DNA from: Myxococcota bacterium
Lineage (GTDB): Bacteria > Myxococcota > XYA12-FULL-58-9 > JALHOP01
Reading direction: 5' to 3'
Assembly (NCBI GenBank): GCA_041288095.1
Contig: JBGGMJ010000064.1
Span: 1-14,060, forward strand
DNA: 14,060 nucleotides
Part shown: positions 1 to 6,451 of the stretch, in pieces
Layout of the letters: each line of letters begins with the position of its first letter
How positions within the stretch are numbered: position 1 is the first letter of the stretch
Program-made: the position numbers and the translations under genes
The notes under the pieces: generated by a model
The model's database searches: none
Told to the model about the DNA's origin: nothing
Seen by the model: the letters and a program-made list of their open reading frames with translations, nothing else

Positions 1-19
1 CTAGCTGCGAGCCCACAGC

Positions 20-47
20 CCCTCCGGAGCCGGTACCGGAGGGTTTT
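20..47 (+). terminator. Putative intrinsic terminator for a gene ending at or before the left edge
   Basis: Stem CCCTCCGG (20-27) / CCGGAGGG (36-43), 8-nt loop, followed by TTTTGTG. It lies downstream of the minus-strand M23 gene's end. Confidence 0.65.
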
Positions 48-104
48 GTGCTTGCCACAAAACCTGAGGAGCGGAAGGCGCAGGAGGGGCGATCGACAAA
101 GGTG

Positions 105-146
105 CCGAAGACCGATAGCCGATAGCCGATAGCCGATAGCCGACTA
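105..146. repeat. Tandem heptamer repeat (CCGAAGA)(CCGATAG)x4(CCGACTA)
   Basis: Four exact CCGATAG copies at 112-139, flanked by two variant CCGA-NNN units. The last unit overlaps the M23 stop codon. Confidence 0.9.
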
Positions 147-1091
147 CTCGAAGATGAACTTCTCGGGGTCCTGCGGCACGCCAAAGAACCGCACCTCGTA
201 GTGCAAGTGCGCCCCCGTTGACCGCCCGGTGTTACCCACCGACCCGATGATCTGCCCGCGCTTGATCTGCTGCCCGACCGTCGCCTTGAAATCCGACAGG
301 TGCCCGAAGTGCGATTGGATGCCGTAACCGTGGTTGACGACGAGGGTCTTGCCGTACCCGCCCCGCTCGCTCGCGAAGATGACGGTGCCGTCCGCTGGAG
401 CAAGCACGTCGCTGCCGTAGTCCGCCGCGAAGTCGATGCCTTTATGCATGACCCTGTGGTTCGTGTACGGGTCGGTGCGCTCGCCGAAGGTGCTCGTCAA
501 AAGCTTCGAACCGCTCGGACGAATCGACGGCATCGATGCGAGAAGGCCGGGCTCTCCGGAGAAGTACTCGTGCAGCTCGCGCATCGCGCCTTCTTGGCGA
601 AGCGCGCCCGACTCGAGCGATTCGACCTTGCTGTCGATGAGGCGGAGCGCCAAAGCGGAGTCGATGCCTTCGGAGTCGTAGTCGGTGCGCTCGCCCGGTG
701 CGTACATGACCTCGCCCGGCTTGCTGCTGCGCGACTCGAGCGGACCGATGGCGAGGTTGCGCTCTGGATCGGAGAGCTGAGTGATGGCGCGGACCTTCGA
801 CGAGAGCTGATCGATGCGCTGAAGTGCACCGTCGATGCGCGCGATTTCTTCCTGCACGGTGCGCAGCCGCGTCTTCAGATTGACGTTCTCGTTCTTGAGC
901 GTCCGGTTCTCGCCAGCCTCGGCGATCATGCCGACATAGTGGACGAGCAAGAACGAGCAGAGGCCGAGGAAGCTAAGCGCGCCGACGATGCCGCGGGTGA
1001 TCCACGCGCGTGGAATGGTGTACCGACGCACCTGAGAAGACCTCTCAGGAACGATCATCACGGTGTAGGAGCGACTCGCCTTTTTTTCCAC
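144..1091 (-). CDS. M23 family (LytM) metallopeptidase with N-terminal TM helix and coiled coil
   Basis: Zn motifs HKGID (HxxxD) and HLHY (HxH), plus GNTGRSTG. One hydrophobic segment (GIVGALSFLGLCSFLLVHYV) is followed by a coiled coil. Start reassigned from 1127 to GTG at 1091, which follows AGGAAG and avoids overlap with the PP2C gene. Confidence 0.93.
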   Translation of the reverse strand: MEKKASRSYTVMIVPERSSQVRRYTIPRAWITRGIVGALSFLGLCSFLLVHYVGMIAEAGENRTLKNENVNLKTRLRTVQEEIARIDGALQRIDQLSSKVRAITQLSDPERNLAIGPLESRSSKPGEVMYAPGERTDYDSEGIDSALALRLIDSKVESLESGALRQEGAMRELHEYFSGEPGLLASMPSIRPSGSKLLTSTFGERTDPYTNHRVMHKGIDFAADYGSDVLAPADGTVIFASERGGYGKTLVVNHGYGIQSHFGHLSDFKATVGQQIKRGQIIGSVGNTGRSTGAHLHYEVRFFGVPQDPEKFIFE

Positions 1092-1105
1092 GATGTAGGG
1101 TCTTC

Positions 1106-1861
1106 CTACTCGATCGCGGCCAAACAAACCACAGTGATGTTATCGTCACCACCGCGTTCGTTGGCGAGCGCAATCATCGCCTTCGGGACGTCGTCCAGGG
1201 CGAGCTGCGCCAAAGCCAAGCCAATCTCCGTATCGTCGACGAAATTCGCCAATCCGTCCGAGCACATAAGGAACTTGTCGCCGGCCTGGAGGGGCAAAGC
1301 GAAGGTGTCCACGGCGACGTCGCGCTCGAAGCCGACGCTCCGGGTGATGATGTTTTTCAGCCTACTTGCGCGGGCTTGCTCGCGAGTGATGAGGCCGGCC
1401 TTGATCTGTTCATTGACCAAGGAGTGGTCGTCCGTGATCTGAATGACCCGTTCGCCCCTCTGCAGGTAGACGCGGGAATCGCCGACGTGGGCGATGAAGG
1501 CGCGCTGCGACAAGAGCATCATGGCGCTGACGGTGGTGCCCATGCCTTGCAGGTCGAGGTCGCCCTGCGCGGTCTCGAAGATGGCGGCACAGGCGGCGCG
1601 TACCGCATCGGCGAGGATGCGCGGCACTGGGGAGGTCTCGAGGGGAGTGGCGCTCGCACCCTCGAGGATCGCTTGCTCGTTCGCGGTGATGCTCTCGCCA
1701 ACCGTCTTCACGGCCAAGCTAGAGGCTGTCTTGCCGCCGAGGTGTCCGCCCATGCCGTCGGCGACGACGAACAGCCCGAGGCGATCATCGATGAGATGCG
1801 AGTCCTCGTTCTGCTCACGTACGCGACCAACGTCGGTCTGAGAAACGGCAACGATTCGCAC
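1106..1861 (-). CDS. PP2C/PPM-family Ser/Thr protein phosphatase (Stp1/Pph1-like)
   Basis: All typical motifs present: DVGRVREQNED, VADGMGGH, GMGTT, HVGDSRVY, DHSLV, CSDGL, GGDDNIT. GTG start preceded by GAGGG. Confidence 0.95.
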   Translation of the reverse strand: MRIVAVSQTDVGRVREQNEDSHLIDDRLGLFVVADGMGGHLGGKTASSLAVKTVGESITANEQAILEGASATPLETSPVPRILADAVRAACAAIFETAQGDLDLQGMGTTVSAMMLLSQRAFIAHVGDSRVYLQRGERVIQITDDHSLVNEQIKAGLITREQARASRLKNIITRSVGFERDVAVDTFALPLQAGDKFLMCSDGLANFVDDTEIGLALAQLALDDVPKAMIALANERGGDDNITVVCLAAIE

Positions 1862-1989
1862 CGAGGAGTTCCCTCATGCTGCCCGGGAGGTGGGCGTGGA
1901 TCGGCGGGAGCGTACACGATCCACCATGGCGTTCGCCAATCCGTTTATGCAGTTAGGCCGACGCCCTCCCCATGGCCCGTGCCCGTTGC

Positions 1990-2019
1990 TTGCCCAGCGC
2001 CCGCCCCGCCGCTTATATG
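1990..2019 (+). promoter_or_regulatory. Possible sigma70-type promoter of fabI (leaderless or short-leader transcript)
   Basis: TTGCCC at 1990-1995 and an AT-rich TTATATG at 2013-2019 in otherwise GC-rich DNA. It ends 8 nt before the ATG at 2028, and there is no Shine-Dalgarno. Confidence 0.4.
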
Positions 2020-2027
2020 CCCGCGCC

Positions 2028-2804
2028 ATGATCAACCTGCAGGGTCGTCACGCGCTGGTCTTCGGTGTTGCGAGCGAACAATCGATCGCCTGGGCGATCG
2101 CCAAGCGCCTTCACGCCGCCGGCGCCCGCGTCTCGCTCGGTTACCAGCAGCGCTTCAAGAGCCGCATCCTCCAGCTGGTGAAGTCGAACGAGATCCCCGT
2201 CCCCTTCTACGAGCGTTGCGACGTCACCAGTCCCGAGGAGACCGAGGCGTTCTTTTCGAAGATCGAAACACCGATCGACATCGTCGTGCACTCGATCGCC
2301 TACTCGCACCCGGACAGCTTCGCGAAGCCGATCAGCGGCGTGAGCCTCGAGGAGTTCTCGACCACCCTCGCCGCCTCCGCCTACTCGCTGATCCCGGTCG
2401 TCCGCGCAGCCGCCCCGAAGATGAGCCGTGGCGGCTCGATCATGACGATGACGTACCTTGGCGGTAATCGCGTCGTGTCGAACTACAAGCTCATGGGCAT
2501 CGCCAAGGCCGCCCTCGAGCACTCGGTGCGCGAGCTCGCCGCCGACGTGGGCCCGAAGAACATTCGCGTCAACGCCATCAGCGCTGGGCCGATCAAGACG
2601 ATCGCTGCGTCGCAGATCACGGGCTTCGACGACATGATGCGCGTCTACGAGGCGGTGGCCCCGATGCGGCGGTCAGTGACGCAAGATGATGTCGCCGACC
2701 TCGCGGCTTTTTTGGGGTCGGACCTCGCGCGCAACATTACGGGCCAGACGATCTTTGTGGATGCGGGGTATTCGATCTTGGCGATGGCGGAGTTGCAGCG
2801 GTAG
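2028..2804 (+). CDS. fabI: Enoyl-ACP reductase FabI
   Basis: GVASEQSIAWAIA NAD-binding start, VHSIAY, TMTYLGG, catalytic YKLMGIAK (YxxxxxxK), VNAISAGPIKT, ITGQTIFVDAG. Start set at MINLQG (2028) rather than 1890. Confidence 0.95.
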   Translation: MINLQGRHALVFGVASEQSIAWAIAKRLHAAGARVSLGYQQRFKSRILQLVKSNEIPVPFYERCDVTSPEETEAFFSKIETPIDIVVHSIAYSHPDSFAKPISGVSLEEFSTTLAASAYSLIPVVRAAAPKMSRGGSIMTMTYLGGNRVVSNYKLMGIAKAALEHSVRELAADVGPKNIRVNAISAGPIKTIAASQITGFDDMMRVYEAVAPMRRSVTQDDVADLAAFLGSDLARNITGQTIFVDAGYSILAMAELQR

Positions 2805-2868
2805 CGATGGCCGATCACCGATGGCCGAAGAGGCGGGCTAGCCATCGGATGATCTGGGTGATCAGCCA
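2804..2868. repeat. Degenerate CCGA-NNN heptamers forming nested inverted repeats in the fabI/recN convergent gap
   Basis: GCGATGG CCGATCA CCGATGG CCGAAGA (2804-2831). CCGATGGC (2818-2825) is complementary to GCCATCGG (2841-2848). TGGCCGATCACC (2808-2819) pairs with GGTGATCAGCCA (2857-2868) with one mismatch. Confidence 0.6.
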
Positions 2869-2873
2869 GAGCA

Positions 2874-4559
2874 TTAGGCTACTGCCCGCGCCAGCATCTC
2901 CTTGGCGGCGGCACGCGTCGCCTTTGAATCGGGAGAGCCGTCGATCATGCGGGCAATCTCCGCGGCACGCGCCGTACCCTTGAGCTTCTCGAGGGTCGCG
3001 ACCGTGCGTTCGCCTTGCGACTCCTTGCGCACGCAAATGTGCACGTCGGCTCGCGCCGCAATCGGCGCCAGGTGCGTGATGGTGATCGCCTGGTGCCCTC
3101 GCGCCACCGCCTGGATCTTCTTGCCGATGGCATCCGCCGCGCGCCCGCCGAGACCGGTGTCGACCTCGTCGAAGACGTAGAGCGAAACCAGGTCGCGACT
3201 CGCGAGCACGGTCTTCACCCCTAGCATCAAGCGCGACAGCTCGCCGCCGCTCGCGATCTTCGCCAGCGGCCGCAGCGGCTCGCCGCGGTTTGGCCCCCAG
3301 GCGAACTCGACGTCATCGGCGCCACTCGCGGTGAGCCCTTCACCGCCAGCGACCGGCCGCACGGACACCTGTGTGGCGAGCACCGCCCCCGCCAGATCCA
3401 TCTCGGCGATCTCCGCGCACACGCGCTGATCGAACTGCGCCGCCGCCTTGCGCCTCGCCTTGCTCAAGTCGGCCGCGAGCCGCTCCGCGGCGACCAGCTT
3501 TTCGGCCGCGAGCGCCGTAAGCTCGGCGACGCGCGCATCGCTGTTGTCGAGCGACAGAATCTCGCGCTCTAGATCCGCGCGACGCGCCAGCACGTCGGCC
3601 AAGGAACCGCCGTGCTTGCGCGCCAGCCGCCGCAGCTCGTTCAATCGGTCTTCGACTTCCGAGAGCCGCTCGGGGTCGTCGCTCACCCGATCGAGGTAAC
3701 GCTGCAATGTGCGCGCGGCGTCCTGCAGATCACGCTGCGCGCCCGCCAGGGCCTCGCGCACTGGCGCGAGCTCCTCGTCGATGCGCGCCAGCGACTCGAG
3801 CTCGGCCGCGGCCTTACCCAGCTTGTCGAACGCCGAGCCGTCCTCACCATAGAGCAGCGCCTCCGCCAGCATCGCCCCCGACTTGAGCTTCTGCGCATGG
3901 GCGAGCTTCTTGTGCTCCACCTCGAGCTCCTCGTCTTCGCCGGGCCGTGGCGCCAGCCGCTCGATCTCATCGAGCTGAAACTTCACGAAGTCCGCCCGCT
4001 GCAGGTCCCGATCGCTACGCGACTGCAACCCATGGAGCTCCGCCGCGGCCGCCCGCCATGCCTCGAACTGCTCACGATACGCCTCACGCTTGTCGATGAG
4101 CTGACCAAAGTCATCGAGGATGGCCAGATGGTTCTCGACGAACAGCAGGCTCTGCTGCTCATGCTGCCCGGAGATGTCGACCAAGCCGCGAACGATCTCC
4201 GCCAGGGTCGCAAGCGTCGACAGACGGCCGTTGATGATCACCTTCGCCCGACCCTTCACCCCGATGACCCGCCGCACCAGCAACGTCGCCGGATCGTCAC
4301 CGACCAGCTCGCGCTGCTCGAGTCGCGCCTGCACAATCGGATGAGAGCTAATATCGAAGAGCGCCTCGACCTCTGCGGCATCGCAGCCGTTTCTGACGAC
4401 GTCGCCGCTGGCCCTTCCGCCCAGGGCCAAGATCAGCGCGTCGACCAAGATCGACTTTCCCGCGCCTGTTTCACCGGTCACCACGGTGAACCCGGACCCG
4501 AGCTCCAAGTCGACCTCGTCGATGATGGCAAAGTCCCGAATCTTCAGATGCAGCAGCAT
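2874..4559 (-). CDS. recN: DNA repair protein RecN (SMC-like ATPase)
   Basis: Walker A TGETGAGKS, Q-loop GQHEQQ, long coiled coil, signature ASGGELSR, Walker B FDEVDTG, ITHLAPIAA; 561 aa. Confidence 0.97.
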   Translation of the reverse strand: MLLHLKIRDFAIIDEVDLELGSGFTVVTGETGAGKSILVDALILALGGRASGDVVRNGCDAAEVEALFDISSHPIVQARLEQRELVGDDPATLLVRRVIGVKGRAKVIINGRLSTLATLAEIVRGLVDISGQHEQQSLLFVENHLAILDDFGQLIDKREAYREQFEAWRAAAAELHGLQSRSDRDLQRADFVKFQLDEIERLAPRPGEDEELEVEHKKLAHAQKLKSGAMLAEALLYGEDGSAFDKLGKAAAELESLARIDEELAPVREALAGAQRDLQDAARTLQRYLDRVSDDPERLSEVEDRLNELRRLARKHGGSLADVLARRADLEREILSLDNSDARVAELTALAAEKLVAAERLAADLSKARRKAAAQFDQRVCAEIAEMDLAGAVLATQVSVRPVAGGEGLTASGADDVEFAWGPNRGEPLRPLAKIASGGELSRLMLGVKTVLASRDLVSLYVFDEVDTGLGGRAADAIGKKIQAVARGHQAITITHLAPIAARADVHICVRKESQGERTVATLEKLKGTARAAEIARMIDGSPDSKATRAAAKEMLARAVA

Positions 4560-4582
4560 TCAGCTTCTCCGGTGTCGCGGCA

Positions 4583-4614
4583 CTGAACAGTTGTTCCGCT
4601 GATCATCCGTATAG
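4583..4614 (-). promoter_or_regulatory. Two abutting putative LexA (SOS) boxes upstream of recN
   Basis: The minus strand reads CTATAC-ggat-GATCAG (4614-4599) directly followed by CGGAAC-aact-GTTCAG (4598-4583). The second has a GAAC-N4-GTTC palindromic core. Both resemble the Myxococcus LexA consensus as I recall it (CTRHAM-N4-GTTCAG). Confidence 0.7.
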
Positions 4615-4630
4615 ATGAATGCTCCGACAA
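4602..4630 (-). promoter_or_regulatory. Putative sigma70 promoter of recN
   Basis: TTGTCG (4630-4625), 17-nt spacer, GATGAT (4607-4602). The -10 and the predicted start site fall inside the SOS-like boxes. Confidence 0.45.
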
Positions 4631-4707
4631 CTTCCAGCGGAGATGTCCCCTCCAGCGCTCGTCGCCATCCCTGCTAAGTAGGCAGTGAGTGCGATCACAG
4701 AGAAGTG

Positions 4708-4734
4708 GCAACCTCTGTCACCCCATGCCGATAA
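4708..4734 (+). promoter_or_regulatory. Sigma28/FliA-type promoter candidate
   Basis: Exact -10 consensus GCCGATAA at 4727-4734, 13 nt before ATG 4748. The -35 position 15 nt upstream reads GCAA (consensus TAAA, 2/4). Confidence 0.5.
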
Positions 4735-4747
4735 CCGTCGAACCAGA

Positions 4748-6445
4748 ATGACGATTCGGCCTTCCGACTATCACGCTTCATCATTGGCTCTGCTCCGAGC
4801 CAGGGGATCGTTCCGCACGCAGTTGCTGGACAGTGTCCGGCTGAGCAACGGACCGGCGCTCGCCAAGGACGCCTTCGCAGACGTCAAGGTCGACAACAAA
4901 CGCCACGCGTACAACATCCTCAAGTACGCCAAAGAGTTCTTCGCCGACGATGCCCCGACGACGACCCTGGCGGATCTCAGAGCCAGCAGCCGCCAGGTGC
5001 CCGTCAGCTCATTGGCTCCGACCCGAGCCATCCTCGACCTGCTCACTGCTCCGGTGGAAGCGAGTCCGACCACCAAGCAAGGCCAGGCGCGCAAGACGCT
5101 CCGCGAAGAGCTCGGCATCAGCTCGCCACTCTGCACGCTCGCCTTGAACCTCATGCTCCTCAGCCGTGGAGCGCAGTGCCTCGCGGGTTGCCACGTCATC
5201 TACAACGGCCACGCCACCGGCGCGACGATGCCTCTCTTCCCGATGCTCCAGGCCCTCGGCCTCTCCTCGGGTGGCTATCGCGCCTCGAGCTACAGCGGCG
5301 ATAAGGGTGTGCGCCCCCTCTTCAACATGGTGCTCTCGCAGTTGATGGGCACACCCGCGCGCGACTTCAATCTCACCGCCGACCGCCCGGAAAACGTCGT
5401 GGCCGAGCTCATGACCCCGGGTATCGTCGTCGTCGTCAACGCCGGCCCCATGCTCAACGGCATGGACCTCCCTCCCGAGGTCCTGCAGCGCATCAAGCGC
5501 GGTGACATCCGCTTCGTCTTGCACAACTCCGCCGATCACAGCGCCTTCGATCAGCTGCGGGCGAAGTATCCAGACGTGTTCGCCCAAGCACTCTGCATCG
5601 ATGCCGCCAACAGCGTGCCCAAGCAGATGGAGCTCGACCTCATCGGTGCTCAGATCGTCGCGCATGGCGACGACGCTTCGCGCCGTCACAATGGCGCGCC
5701 GCTCAAGGATTCGGTTTCGGTAATCATGGGACTTGGCAAGATGGGCCGTTCGATCGCTCAGCATCTGCTCGGGTCCAACCTCAAGCCCGAGAACCTCGTC
5801 ATCGTCGACACCAACCCGACGCCGGAGGCCATCGCGTGGGCGGCCGAGCGCGGCATCACCATTCATTCCGAGCTCCCGGAGACGATCAGCGGCGATCGCC
5901 GTCTCGCCGAGCAACCGCATGGCGTCGTCTTCGTCGCGACGAATAGTCCGAGCGGTCTCGACGCCAGCCACCTCCCCAACCTTCCGAGTCGCACCGCGGT
6001 CATCAACACCAACTCCCAGGGTCAAGGCGTCGACGTCGACGGCATCTACGACGTCTACCAGAACATCCAAGAGGCGGATCACGACTACCGCGCCTGGGGC
6101 CTCCGCGATGGCGACCATCGCGGCTTTTCCGACATGGTGTGCGTCCGTGACCAAGCGTGCAAAACCCCGTCGCCGAAGGCTCTCACCCTCGTCAACCTTC
6201 GCCACGACCCCGAGACCGGCCGCGTTTCGCTCTATTCCCCCAACCTGAGCGACACGACGGGACAGGACGATCTGCCCACGACGCCCATGATCGTCATCGG
6301 CGTATGCGCGGCCTCCGACCCCGACTTGAAGCCACGCCACGACGGCCGCCCACACCCGTTCCCGCTCACTCCCGGCAACTTACTGAAGAACGCCGCCCTG
6401 CCGGCGCTGCCTTATTACCCTTCGGAAGAGAAAGCCGCGGGCTGA
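4748..6445 (+). CDS. Hypothetical protein with divergent S-adenosylhomocysteine hydrolase-like fold and NAD(P)-binding Rossmann domain
   Basis: Strong GC3 codon bias. Rossmann motif VIMGLGKMGRSIA followed by LVIVDTNP. Colinear by-eye similarity to AHCY motifs (see findings). The ORF opens at GTG 4685, but ATG 4748 is preferred because it lies downstream of GCCGATAA. Confidence 0.75.
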   Translation: MTIRPSDYHASSLALLRARGSFRTQLLDSVRLSNGPALAKDAFADVKVDNKRHAYNILKYAKEFFADDAPTTTLADLRASSRQVPVSSLAPTRAILDLLTAPVEASPTTKQGQARKTLREELGISSPLCTLALNLMLLSRGAQCLAGCHVIYNGHATGATMPLFPMLQALGLSSGGYRASSYSGDKGVRPLFNMVLSQLMGTPARDFNLTADRPENVVAELMTPGIVVVVNAGPMLNGMDLPPEVLQRIKRGDIRFVLHNSADHSAFDQLRAKYPDVFAQALCIDAANSVPKQMELDLIGAQIVAHGDDASRRHNGAPLKDSVSVIMGLGKMGRSIAQHLLGSNLKPENLVIVDTNPTPEAIAWAAERGITIHSELPETISGDRRLAEQPHGVVFVATNSPSGLDASHLPNLPSRTAVINTNSQGQGVDVDGIYDVYQNIQEADHDYRAWGLRDGDHRGFSDMVCVRDQACKTPSPKALTLVNLRHDPETGRVSLYSPNLSDTTGQDDLPTTPMIVIGVCAASDPDLKPRHDGRPHPFPLTPGNLLKNAALPALPYYPSEEKAAG

Positions 6446-6451
6446 CCGCCG

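Noticed and set aside
1-19. Possible 3' end of a tRNA or other RNA gene before the terminator
   Set aside because: Too little sequence, and no T-arm or CCA end is visible.
105-146. Repeat array as CRISPR or a phase-variation tract
   Set aside because: Units are 7 nt with no spacers and no cas genes are present. It lies downstream of a stop codon, so it cannot frameshift a gene.
300-2467. Long plus-strand ORFs 300..1442 and 1010..2467
   Set aside because: Shadow frames over the M23, PP2C and fabI genes. They are typical of high-GC DNA and have no recognisable motifs.
4748-6445. Calling this gene ahcY/sahH
   Set aside because: The DDGGD, EETTTG and NIGH motifs and the conserved C-terminus are not preserved, so canonical function is not supported.
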